Of a DNA stretch of 35,129 bases, positions 24,601-32,609 are shown piece after piece. The stretch comes from Chiloscyllium plagiosum. Its lineage: Eukaryota. The notes beneath the pieces were generated by a model, which worked only from the letters and a program-made list of their open reading frames with translations, was not told the origin of the DNA and made no database searches. How positions within the stretch are numbered: the stretch's first letter is position 1; the number at the start of each line of letters is the position of its first letter. Position numbers and translations under genes: made by a program. The stretch lies in the NCBI RefSeq assembly GCF_004010195.1, contig NC_057757.1, forward strand, positions 6,097,980 through 6,133,108. Direction: 5' to 3'.

Positions 24601-25440
24601 TCAACAGTACCTCAGCAATGGATTCAGCCCAGTCTATGGGTTACCCTCAGTTACATCCCAGGATTACCAAGCGGTTACAGCCCACAAGGAGACCATTTGG
24701 CCCTTCAGGGGCTATCACTGGCTCCCTGAACTAGCAACGCATTTAATGCCATTCTTCTTGTCTTCTCCCTGTAACCCTATACATTCTGTCTTTTTAAATA
24801 ATCAGTTGAAAGCCTTGATAGAGTCTGCCTCTACCGCACCCTCAGGAAGTGCATTCCAGATCCCAACCACTCACTAGATAAAGAGGTTTCTCCTCATGTG
24901 TCCAATTGCTTCGTTTGCCAAAGATTTTCAACCTGCGCCTCCCATTCATCAGTAACTTCTACATAATTTTGCAAATATATAGTTTCTTACAGTCTCCTGT
25001 ACACAAACTGAAGAACCAGTTTTCAATGAACAGATCCTTGGACCGGTATCGTTGTCTGGACTGTTAATAATCTGCCACAAATTTTGTTAAAAAGGGTTTA
25101 TTGGAGGATGGAGTTATTCTCAACTAACTCCTCTACTTCACCCATTCTTAAGACATAGTTTAGCCTCTGCACGATCTGTCTTTCCCAGATCAAGAAAGAG
25201 ATCATCTGTGGAGTACCTCCAATGTAGAATGGTCCCAAAAGGTAGCAATGTTTCTAATCTGCTTCAGCGTAACCCTGTGGGTGTGTTTATTTTCCAAACA
25301 GGAATAGAGGATCAAAGAGAAGTGATACAACGAGTGACATTAGCTCCCTCAGCAGCGACATCGATTTGAAAGAAATAATCCGGCAAATTGAAGATGATCA
25401 ACGTCACGGTGGAATATCAAATCCACGTTTCAGTTACTAA
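496..25440 (+). CDS. ZAN: Zonadhesin-like (D-assembly/EGF/TM) gene, 3' portion; join(496..669,3368..3498,8525..8724,13900..14038,20412..20522,21789..21896,24391..24481,25302..25440)
   Basis: Eight exons with GT-AG introns splice into one uninterrupted frame of about 363 aa plus TAA (phase 2 at entry, then 2,1,0,1,1,1,2). The domain order C8-TIL-TILa-EGF-TM-tail is characteristic of the zonadhesin C-terminus: FCGBP lacks a TM and TECTA ends in a ZP domain. Orthology is inferred from architecture only. Confidence 0.7.
800..1032 (-). mobile_element. Penelope-like element 3' end / pseudo-LTR (same family as 15040-15360)
   Basis: Matches the reverse complement of 15130-15320 (e.g. gctgagctggaaggtttgttttcagatgtttcgtcacc). 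Contains a hammerhead-like core at 845-885 and a 3x ggtga(t/c)(g/a)tcatttcc repeat. Confidence 0.7.
1660..3290 (-). mobile_element. Old degraded CR1-clade LINE (RT end and 3' UTR), interrupted by a SINE
   Basis: Reverse-strand translation gives CR1-like remnants (VFKIMKALGRVERERQFPLVEG..GHRLK). Many stops and frameshifts. Confidence 0.65.
2652..2935 (+). mobile_element. HE1-like V-SINE
   Basis: tRNA-derived head cagtggttagcactgctgcctcacagc...gggtttgatccc, V-domain tgtgtggagttt...gggtttcctcc, CR1-like tail gggccgaatggcct. Confidence 0.8.
3368..3498 (+). CDS. Exon B: second half of C8 domain
   Basis: Acceptor ccaacag|G, donor G|gtgagt. Encodes NCLFDLCQFYNNSKMLCASYETYVQVCQANGTTLSNWRQETGC (CxxDxC and WRxxxxC motifs). 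Confidence 0.95.
3620..3955 (+). mobile_element. tRNA-derived SINE, second family (SacSINE1-like)
   Basis: A box tggcccagtgg, B box ggttcaaatcc, body catctggttcattaatgccc..agggaaggaa, tail tgaatgaat plus A-run. Family name is from recall only. Confidence 0.7.
4045..4374. mobile_element. Tc1/mariner-pogo (Tigger-like) MITE
   Basis: About 21-bp TIRs cagtacacaatcctttatccg / cagataaaggattgtgcacctg, flanked by TA at 4043-4044 and 4375-4376. Inserted in the head of a SINE (about 3990-4500). Confidence 0.85.
4512..5790 (-). mobile_element. HE1-like V-SINE expanded by an internal tandem array
   Basis: Tail near 4512-4600, V-domain and tRNA head at 5640-5790 on the minus strand, 52-bp array between them. 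Confidence 0.8.
4652..5640. repeat. 52-bp minisatellite, about 19 units
   Basis: Unit ctgtacactatgggtaatttagcacggccaatccaccctaacctatacatcc; unit starts at 4652, 4704 ... 5588. Confidence 0.95.
5250..6985. repeat. Tandem segmental duplication, period about 867 bp
   Basis: 5730-6116 is nearly identical to 6597-6983; ORFs 5867 and 6734 in the track are near-identical. Confidence 0.9.
6115..6520. repeat. Same 52-bp minisatellite, about 8 units
   Basis: atttagc recurs at 6121, 6173, 6225, 6277, 6329, 6381, 6433 and 6485. Confidence 0.95.
7098..7340 (-). mobile_element. Penelope-like terminus (third family) with hammerhead motif
   Basis: Minus strand reads cctgatgacggagcagtgccccgaaagcttgtgatttcaagtaaacctgttggac. 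An inverted partial copy lies at 8350-8405. Confidence 0.65.
7354..8348 (+). mobile_element. Two CR1-clade LINE 3' fragments (about 7354-7520 and 7585-8348)
   Basis: RT C-terminal remnant RPHLQYCAQFWALYLRK...QTRFTGLIPEMRGLAYGERM...RGDQIEVFK. 3' UTR is shared with other copies in the window. Confidence 0.85.
8525..8724 (+). CDS. Exon C: TIL (trypsin inhibitor-like Cys-rich) domain
   Basis: Acceptor ttttgcag|CT, donor CAG|gtaggt. Encodes MACPPHSTYKSCMAACPPTCANLAAPSECDAPCMEGCECDRGFVYSSFNCVPYSQCGCTYRNKYYQ. Confidence 0.95.
9460..9769 (-). mobile_element. HE1-like V-SINE, full length
   Basis: ttaga-repeat tail at left, tRNA head at right; apparent 5-bp TSD catct. Confidence 0.88.
10416..10698 (+). 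mobile_element. HE1-like V-SINE, full length
   Basis: A box tggctcagtgg, B box ggttcgattcc, tail agggaatcta; aagct present on both flanks (possible TSD). Confidence 0.88.
10851..10946 (-). mobile_element. Penelope-like 3' terminal fragment with hammerhead motif
   Basis: Same family as 18073-18165. Minus strand attcCTGAAGAaaggctcatgcccGAAAcatcgatt. Confidence 0.8.
10978..11395 (-). mobile_element. CR1 LINE 3' end with internal ~147-bp tandem duplication
   Basis: aatgtatttgtaccagcctccaccacttcctctggcaactcattaccaccc occurs at about 11137 and 11284. Confidence 0.8.
11700..12030 (-). mobile_element. HE1-like V-SINE
   Basis: Tail atagaatccctacagtgtggaaacagg; head aaccactgagcca..gtgccacc. Confidence 0.85.
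12843..13570 (-). mobile_element. CR1-clade (HER1-like) LINE 3' part
   Basis: LYRTLVRPLLEYCVQFRSPSYRKDVVKLERVQKRFTR...RGDLIEVYKIMRG; (catagagt)n tail at left. Interrupted at 13445-13536. Confidence 0.9.
13900..14038 (+). CDS. Exon D: TILa / VWC-like (E) module
   Basis: Acceptor attacag|GTT, donor G|gtaagg. Encodes VGERFVTDDCSEDCTCNMTETVGCFSMRCPENRTCSVINGNRACVL. Confidence 0.95.
14270..14785 (-). mobile_element. CR1 3' end interrupted by a palindromic Penelope-type terminus (14585-14750)
   Basis: CR1 3' UTR at 14270-14580 resumes near 14760 (ccttatctatgtctctcacga). The insert has inverted arms 14585-14631 / 14644-14691. Confidence 0.65.
14889..15360 (+). mobile_element. Penelope-like element: inverted pseudo-LTR, GIY-YIG C-terminus, pseudo-LTR
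   Basis: 15040-15175 translates LGQAKQRHA*ELLEAWHSNQNFISKHINLDPIYLPLKERTGNDIT, resembling the end of a PLE endonuclease. Arms 14889-15036 and 15166-15323 are inverted copies. Confidence 0.8.
15241..15286 (+). ncRNA. Minimal type I hammerhead ribozyme motif
   Basis: tca-CTGATGA(15247-15253)-t-GTCAC-loop-GTGAC-GAAA(15274-15277)-c-ATC-tga: intact core, 5-bp stem II, 3-bp stem I, vestigial stem III. Confidence 0.7.
15826..17087 (+). mobile_element. V-SINE (head 15826-15968, tail about 16920-17087) split by a CR1 LINE (15969-16915)
   Basis: SINE V-domain ends at ttcctcccaca, then CR1 RT (SKFSDYAKIGG..., LVRPLLEYCVQFWSP) running to a ctatgactctatg tail, then the SINE body resumes. Confidence 0.85.
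18073..19160 (-). mobile_element. Penelope-like element 3' kilobase (Cys-rich linker, GIY-YIG endonuclease, hammerhead terminus)
   Basis: Minus strand GTFLCHRRNCKTSAHTSSLTSIQGPKG...FTCTSTHVIYCVRCS*CGLLYIGE (GIY-YIG signature VIY...YIG at 18621-18674, with a probable CGA>TGA stop). Confidence 0.9.
18130..18165 (-). ncRNA. Minimal type I hammerhead ribozyme motif
   Basis: Minus strand ttc-CTGATGA-a-GGGC-tttt-GCCC-GAAA-cgtt-ga: perfect stem II and palindromic AACGTT stem III. Confidence 0.72.
19523..19862 (+). mobile_element. CR1 LINE 3' end
   Basis: Colinear with 16570-16910. Confidence 0.85.
20412..20522 (+). CDS. Exon E: EGF-like domain 1
   Basis: Acceptor ttccacag|TG, donor T|gtacgt, phase 1-1, 111 nt. 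Encodes GLNCSADFCENGGTCLATINGPVCVCSPSFTGIYCE (six Cys with EGF spacing). Confidence 0.92.
20680..21010. mobile_element. SINE head (+, about 20680-20830) abutting a LINE 3' fragment (-, about 20835-21010)
   Basis: ggttcaaatccc B box with context like 3650-3790. Minus strand translates HSFTVARSKSWNFFPKGIV, resembling a LINE ORF2 C-terminus. Confidence 0.55.
21259..21572. mobile_element. hAT (Charlie-like) MITE
   Basis: TIRs cagaggtggggaacct / aggttccccaacccctg. 8-bp TSD gtatagag (21251-21258) vs gtttagat (21573-21580), fitting the NTCTAGAN-type target. Confidence 0.85.
21789..21896 (+). CDS. Exon F: EGF-like domain 2
   Basis: Acceptor ctcctcag|AT, donor G|gtaagg, phase 1-1, 108 nt. Encodes GTCASSPCKNGGTCIQNEDKYECLCPALYDGDLCE. 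This frame is absent from the supplied ORF track. Confidence 0.93.
22100..22390 (-). mobile_element. HE1-like V-SINE
   Basis: Same head, V-domain and tail as other copies. Confidence 0.85.
22738..23033 (+). mobile_element. HE1-like V-SINE
   Basis: ggtggcacagtggtt...gggttcgatccc head; ggctgaatggcctgct tail. Confidence 0.85.
23375..23777 (+). mobile_element. CR1 LINE 3' end
   Basis: YKIMRVMDRVNRQGLFP...FFTQRVVRVWNELPDEVVEAGT, ending ctgtatgactcta. Preceded by a short Penelope-type tail at 23313-23367 (-). Confidence 0.88.
24391..24481 (+). CDS. Exon G: transmembrane helix
   Basis: Acceptor tcttcttag|AT, donor AG|gtatgt. Encodes (D)VTKVIIVAVVVVAVVLLIVGAVLIYFCCC(R): a 23-residue hydrophobic run followed by CCC. 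Confidence 0.92.
25302..25440 (+). CDS. Exon H (terminal): cytoplasmic tail to stop codon
   Basis: Acceptor attttccaaacag|G, phase 2 matching exon G. Encodes (R)NRGSKRSDTTSDISSLSSDIDLKEIIRQIEDDQRHGGISNPRFSY, then TAA at 25438-25440, followed by AT-rich UTR-like sequence. Confidence 0.78.
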
Positions 25441-26260
25441 CCCACCGGGACTGAACTGCAAATTCATTCGAAATTGTACATTTTAAGCACGTTAAGTTGT
25501 GTCCGGTGTGAATTATTGAAAATGTTGTTTGTTATCGTTTCCTTACCTGGGATATATCATACAGGTTGTTGCGATTAGAACAACATCATAAGTTTCTCTT
25601 AATTTAAATTATAAAATGCTAAGCAGCAGTGTGTGAGTCTGAATGTGTGTTCTAGGTTGATGCTAAGGTGCAGATGGCACTTAGGCAGTCAGAGATGTAC
25701 AGCATGGGAACAGACCCTTCTGTCCAACTCGTCCATGCTGACCAGATATTTGATATTAGTGATTTATAAAGCGATTGTCGCCATTTGAAAACTAGCTCTG
25801 AAGACCTTTAAAACCTCCATTTCAACAAAGTAGCAAGCACTTGGCAAACTACTATTAACTCAGATTCATATCATACTTTTGCCAAGGTATGCCAACCTGA
25901 GAGAGCTCAGGGATCCCTGACTAATGATGGCATTTTGTGTGAGTGCCTGTGCACATCCAAACTGCCCTTCCTTACCACCCCCCACCATCGCAGTGGGTGC
26001 AGTCTAAAGATCAGAGGCACAACTTCCTCGAGAGTGAAACTGGGATTGCATTTCCATGAACATATACAGGGATCTGGGATGAATTTGGAGTTAGGTTGCA
26101 AGTCAACCATGATCTCACTGAATGGTGGATCTGGCTGCAGGAACTGAATGGACTCTATGTGACGTCTCTAACAGATCATCCCACTGTCGACAAATGCACA
26201 AATAAATCCAGTTGAATTCTCTGGTTTGTTTGTTTGCATCTTTGGACCCAAGTGTAACTA

Positions 26261-26357
26261 GCTCCTGGTGAAGGGCTCCTGCCCGAAACGTTAATTTTCC
26301 TGCTCCTTTGATGCTGACTGACCTGCTGCGCTTTCCCAGCGCCACTCTAATCTTGAC
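26261..26357 (+). mobile_element. Penelope-like terminal fragment with mutated hammerhead
   Basis: CTGGTGAagggctcctgcccGAAAcgtt...ttttcctgctcc; same family as 18073-18165. Confidence 0.75.
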
Positions 26358-27251
26358 TGTACTCACTGCCTGTTCTGTTGATGCTGAATCAATGCAATCT
26401 TTGCATTTCAGCCTGTGTCTTCTTTCAATTCAGTCAGTGGCGCAACTGAAGTGGAACTTTCAGGTTTAGGTTTTAGATTTTACTGTCACATGTACTCAAG
26501 TACAGGAGCACAGTGAAATGTGTATAATGTCGCCAATACTTGGCACCATTTTAGGTACAAAGGTACTCTGATACGAAAACCCTTAGTAATAAAAGAAACA
26601 AAGTTTTAAAAGTTAAGCTTTAACTTCATAGAATAAGTAGAAAAATAAAGAAATACAATAATAGTTAACATTAAAGTCCTTCTCAATATAAACTAGAAAA
26701 ATAAAGTTCAAAGTTCAACAGTCTTTGATGAGTCCTCCGCTTAGCTGGCTCTCCAGAATTGCTGAAAGACAGAAGAATTGTTCCACGTTGTGTTGGGGCA
26801 CATCATCAAAACATCAGAACTGGGCACACAAACAGCTCCTCCCTTCCTCTGTGAGTCCTATTCCCTGAGATTGGAGCACGTAGCCCAGGGTGATGGTTGA
26901 GGTGCCAGTGCTGAGGGAGTACTGCCCGGTCAGAGATACGTTTCCCAATTCGTGGGTCATGACCCCACTCGGGCTCGCAAGACAGGATCCTGGAATCGTA
27001 GGCTGCGGGTAAAGCAATGGCCACCATGATCTCTAGGAGCCAAGTAGCTCTTTAAAATCTCCATTCGTGCCCCGACCGATAAAGCACTCCATTAGGTTTG
27101 TGCCTATTAGGCCTGACAACAAAAGCTTGAGAAGGTCAATTGTTCTTTGGTAGAAATCCAGTTTTTTTCATCAACCTGTCCAACACGGTAACTCAAAGCC
27201 TTTCCTCCTACCACCCCCAACTCTGTACCAGCGATGCCACTCCCCCCGCAC

Positions 27252-27323
27252 NNNNNNNNNNNNNNNNNNNNNNNNNNNNNNNNNNNNNNNNNNNNNNNNN
27301 NNNNNNNNNNNNNNNNNNNNNNN
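27252..27323. other. Assembly gap (72 N)
   Basis: Run of n. Confidence 1.
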
Positions 27324-27359
27324 CCCTCTTCCCAAAGTTTCACTCTGGGGTCACTTGAA

Positions 27360-28515
27360 GTCATAGAGTCACGCAGCACGGAAACAGATCCTTCGGTCCA
27401 TTGTCCATGTTCCCAAACTAAACTAGGAGATGGTGAGGACTGCAGATGCTGGAAGTCAGATAAAATGTGGAACTGGAAAGGCACAGCAGGTCAGGCAGCA
27501 TCGGAGCAGCAGGAACGTCAATGTTTCAGGCCAGATCCCTTCATCCACTTTTTATCATTCCCAACTAAACTAGTCTCACGTGCCTGTGTTTGGCCTTTAT
27601 CCCTCCAAACCTTTATTATTCACATACTTGTCCAAATGACGTTTAAGTTGTAACTATACCCACATCCACCACTTCCTCTGGCAGTTCATTCCACACACAA
27701 ACCACCCCGTATAAAAAAAGTTGCCCCGCGTGTCCCTGTGAAATCTTCCTCCTCTCACCTTAAAAATATACCCTCTTGTCTTGAACTCTACCCCCTTAGA
27801 TGGAAAAATACCTTTGCGGTTCACCTTATCTATGTCCCTCATGATTTTATAAATCCCTATAAGGTCACCCCTCAACCTTCTATCGTCCAGTGAAAAAAGT
27901 CCCAGCCCATCCAGCCTCTCCTTATAACTCAAGCCCTGCAGTTCTAGCAACATCCTGGTAAATCTTTTCTGATCCCTCTCCAATTTAATAGTATCCCTCC
28001 TGTCATAGACCGACCAGAACTGGAAACAGCTATCCAAATGTAGCTTCACCAACATTCTGTACAATCTCAACATGACATCCCAACTCCTCTGGGCAATGGT
28101 CTGAGTAAGAAAGACAAATGTGCTAAATGCCAACTTAACCACAGCATGGAAACGGATCCTTCCGCCCAACTCAACCACGCCAACCTGTGATGCAACATTC
28201 AAAGAATTATGTACCTAAACCCCTAGGTCTCTCTGTTGGACAACACTACCCAGGGCCCCACCATTTATTGTACAAATCCTGCCTTTGTTCGCTTTACCAA
28301 AATGCAATACCTTGCATTTATCCAAATTAAACTCCATTTGCCACTCTTCAGCCCATTGGCTCCACTGATCAAGATTTCTTTGTAATCTTAAATAACCTTC
28401 TTCACTGTCGACTATACCACCAATTTTGGTGTCATCTGCAAAGTTATTAACCATTCCTCTTCAATTCTCATCCAAATCATTTACATAACTGACAGACAAC
28501 AGTGGACCCAGCTCC
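27360..28515 (-). mobile_element. CR1 LINE 3' part with a Penelope-type insert at about 27430-27545
   Basis: NNFADDTKIGGIVDSEEG...WAEEWQMEFNLDKCKVLHFG (catalytic FADD), and ORF 27654-28202. Confidence 0.9.
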
Positions 28516-28635
28516 GCCAGAGGCATTAAAATGGGGTCACATCAGGAAATGGTGTGGACTGGGGGGGGGGTGCGGGGTGTGTGATAATGACTGTGCTGGG
28601 CAGATGGAACATTAAGCCGTGGACTTCATCTGCTC

Positions 28636-29922
28636 TCATATAGAGTCATAGAGATGTACAGCACAGAAACGGATCATTCCGTCCAACTCATCCATGCCAA
28701 CCAGATATCCCAACCCAATCTTGCCCCATTTGCCAGCATTTGTCCCATATCCCTCTAACCCCTTCCTATTCACATATCCATCCAGATGGCTTTTAAATGA
28801 TGTAACTGTACCAGCCTCCACCACATCCTCTGATAGTTCATTCCATACACACACCACCCTCTGCGCGAAAATGTTGCCCCTTAGATCCCTTTTATATCTT
28901 ACCCCCTCACCCTAAACCTACACCCTCTAGTTCTGGAAACCCCAACCTTGGGAAAAGACCTTGTCTACTTATCCTATCCATGCCCCTCATGATTTTATAA
29001 ACCTCCATAAGGTCACACCTCAGCCTATGACACTCCAGGGAAAACAGCCCCAGCCTGTTCAGCCTCTCCCTGTAGCTCAAATCCTTCAAACTTGGCAACA
29101 TCCTTGTAAATCTTTTCTAAACCCTTTCAAGTTTCACAACATCTTTCCGATAGGAAGTCAGAATTGCACGCAATATTCCAACAGTGGCCTAACCAATGCC
29201 CTGTACAGCCTCAACATGACCTCCCATACTCCTATCAACAATACTCTGACCAATAAAGGAAAGCATACCAAACAACATCTTCACTACCCTATCTACCTGC
29301 AACTCTACTTTCAAGGAGCTATGAACCTGCACTCCAAGGTCTCTTTGTTCAGCAACACTCCCCAGGACCTTACCATTAAATGTACAAGTCCTGCTCTGAT
29401 TTGCTTTTCCAAAATGCAGCACCTCGCATTTATCTAAATCAAAGTCCATCTGCCACTCCTCAGCCCATTGGCGCATCTGATCAAGATCTCATTGTACTCC
29501 GAGGTAACCTTCTTCACTCTCCACTACACCTCTAATTTTGGTGTCATCTGCAAACTTACTAACTGTACCTCTTATGTTCACATCCAAATCATTTATAGAA
29601 ATGATGAAAAGTAGAGGACCCAGCACTGATCTGGTGGCACTCCACTGGTCACAGGCCTCCAGTCTGAAAAACAACCCTCCACCACCACCCTCTGTCTTCT
29701 ACCTTTGAGCCAGTTCTGTATCCAAATGGTTAGTTCTCCCTGTATCCCATGAGATCTAACCTTGCTAATCAGTCTCCCATGGGGAACCTTGTTGAACGCC
29801 TTTCTGAAGTCCATATGGATCACATCTACTGCTCTGCCCTCATCAATCCACTTTGTTACTTCTTCACCAAACTCAATCAAGTTCGTGAGACATGATTTTC
29901 CACGCACAAAGCCATGTTCACT
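28636..29922 (-). mobile_element. CR1-clade (HER1-like) LINE, RT domain to 3' tail, frameshifted
   Basis: GKSCLTNLIEF...DVIHMDFRKAFNKVPHGRL...SVLGPLLFIISINDLD...SKFADDTKI; catagagt tail at left. Confidence 0.93.
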
Positions 29923-30545
29923 GTTTCTTACACACTTCCTTTCTCTTCCCTTCTTCGGAGAGTTGCAGCGAGGTGTTGGAGCGATTGGTAGCTGGTTATT
30001 CCTAAGTTCCTGGAGCGGGAACTCAAAGCTGGAGCCTCATGTCACCCAGTGCACCAGAAGACTCCCCAAGACAAAAGGCAATACACACTGGCAATCATCC
30101 AGCATCATAAGCAGGCTCTCGATTGGACTTGTTTGAATGGAGCAGTGTCTTATTTAAGGTGCTATGGTGTTAAGGTATGCAGTTGTCCCTCCTGTCAGGT
30201 CGTGGGTCAAGATTTTGGCAGCAATGGACGCCATCGAGCTCAGACTGCCATGCTTGGCCTGATGACCAGATCTTTTGAGGCCTGATTGCTGTTGCAAAAC
30301 GAAACCCTGTGATATGGTACATTTGTAAAAAAAAACAATGTTTAAACAATTCCCACTGCACTGAATCCCTTCCCGACCCTCCCAAACCTCCCGCTCAGAA
30401 ACTCGAACACCCACCATTTCACCCCCTCCCCCCAGCCAAACCCTGTTCAGCCCCACCCCCAGGTCAGATGAGGCTTTAACATGGGTTTACATCTGGACAA
30501 AAATGTCTGAGCACTGTCCTAGGGCGTTTGTAAGTATTGGTTCAG

Positions 30546-30890
30546 TCATGGAATCCTGACAGTATGGAAACAGGCCATTCGACCCATCGAGTCCATGCCA
30601 ACTCTCCGAAGAACATCCCACCCAGACCCAACCCCATTCCTGCAGCCCTGCATTTTCCATGGGTAACCCACCTGGCCTGCGCATCCCCAGGACACTATGG
30701 GGCAATTTAGCCTGGCCGATCCACCCTAACCTGCACATCTTTGGATTGTGGGAGGGAGACCGGAACACCTGGAGGAAACCCACGTAGTCATGGGGAGAAC
30801 GTGCAAACTCCACACAAACACCCAAGAGTGGAATCGAACCTGGGTCCCTGGCGTTGTGAGGCAGCAGTGCTACTGTGCTGCTGTGTCGCC
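30546..30890 (-). mobile_element. HE1-like V-SINE
   Basis: Full tail-to-head copy. Shows the unexpanded state of the 52-bp unit at 30665-30740. Confidence 0.85.
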
Positions 30891-31492
30891 CACACTGGGA
30901 GTGATATGTAGTAGGCGTGCACATGCAACGTTCCATTCTGTAACTAAACGTAACATAAAGGAAACACTAAAAGCTAGGAGCGGGAATAGGCAGTTCAGTC
31001 CTTCGAGCCTGCTCCACCAAGCAACACAATCTCGGGTGATCTCATCACAGCTCCAATTTCACTCTCCTGCCTGTCCTCCCTCACCTTTCAGACCAGTAAG
31101 AATTACAAATCTGTCCTCTTCCTCCTCAAATTTACTCACTATCCCAACATCCACCACACTCTGGGGGAGTGAATTCCATAGATGCATGACCCTTTGGAGA
31201 GAAGTAATTCCTCCTCACCTCATTTGAAATCTTATCCTAAAACTATGACCCCCCATTCTAGAATGCCCCGCAGCAAACATCCTCTCGACATTTACTTTGT
31301 CAATCCCCAGTAGCATCTTACATACTTCAGTTAGATCTCCCCTCCTTTTTCTAAAACCTGAAACAATTGAAATCTACTTTAGTTTGTCAGTACCTCCACT
31401 GGGATTGAATACACAGTGGCTAGAGGAATAAGGATAATGGGCCAATATGTTTCCCCTCCAATGGTTGCCCAGCATATTGTTGCAGGATAATT

Positions 31493-31775
31493 TTAGATTA
31501 GATTAGTGTGGAAACAGGCCCTGGGGCCCAACTAGTCCACACCCACACCGACCTTCCAAACAGTAACCCACCCAGACCCATTTCGCTCTGACTAATGCAC
31601 CTAACGCTATGGGCAATTTAGCATGGCCAATCCACCTGAGCTGCACACCTTTGGACTGTGGGGGGAAACTGGAGCAAATCCATGCAGACACAGACAGTCG
31701 CCCGAGGCTGTAATCGAACCTGGGACGCTGGTGCTGTGAGGCAGCAGTGCTAACCACTGAGCCACTGTGCTGCCC
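31493..31775 (-). mobile_element. HE1-like V-SINE
   Basis: (ttaga)n tail and tRNA head. Confidence 0.85.
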
Positions 31776-31908
31776 TGAGCTAATCTTTACTCAGTCATAT
31801 TTATATACAAGTGTGAAACTCCAAACTCAATCACCCTCAAATAGTTTCAGTAAATGCATTTTTCCCTATTTGCTCAAGTAAAATTCCATCTGCATTATTG
31901 AACACATA

Positions 31909-32554
31909 CTCATATATACTCGAGTATTAGTCAAATTTTTCTTTTGCTTTTTTTTAAGGTGAAATTTATGGGGCCAACTATTGCTTGGATACTACTTTTG
32001 AGTGGCTGAAATTCATGTGTGTCAAAATTCATACCGTATCATTAGCAGAAACTCAACTGATCTCTAATGGAACAAAAGAATAATAAAAAAACAATTACGG
32101 TAATTAGATTACTTACAGTGTGGAAACAGGCCCTTCGGCCCAACAAGTCCATACCGACGCGCAACCCACCCAGACCCATTCCCCTACACCTAACACTACG
32201 GGCAATTTAGCATGGCCAATTCACCTAACCTGCACATTTTCAGAGTGTGGGAGGAAACACACGCAGCCACGGGGAGAATGTGCAATACTCCACACAGTCA
32301 GTCGCCTGAGGCGGGAATTGAACCCGGGTCTCTGGCGCTGTGAGGCAGCAGTGCTAACCACTGTGCCACCGTGCCGCCCCAATTCTGAGGACCCAGAGCA
32401 GAGTGGGATGACCCGCAGATTGGAATGCCAGAGCTGACACTGACTCACAAATGTTGATCTGTTATCCGTGAAGAACTAGGATCGACTTTTACATGAGATA
32501 TATTGCAATTTCTTTGGTCAAAAATAGGTGGTCGACACACTCGAGTATATACGG
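31909..32554. mobile_element. Tc2/pogo-like MITE containing a V-SINE (32103-32380, -)
   Basis: Inverted ends tatatactcgagt...gtc / gac..actcgagtatatacgg followed by ta. The left terminus is slightly decayed. Confidence 0.7.
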
Positions 32555-32609
32555 TAAATAGAGTTTCAGAGTTTGTGTTGGGCACTTGAGTCAACTCATA
32601 CAATTAAAA

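Noticed and set aside
26870..26945. Possible ancient DeuSINE/AmnSINE-like core (cagtgctgagggagtactgc)
   Set aside because: Short and degenerate; the resemblance rests on recall and needs a Dfam search.
15969..29922. Active reverse transcriptase or retron-like system
   Set aside because: All RT segments are truncated, frameshifted CR1 or Penelope fossils.
2652..32380. tRNA genes suggested by A/B boxes
   Set aside because: Every instance runs into a SINE body and tail; no complete cloverleaf was seen.
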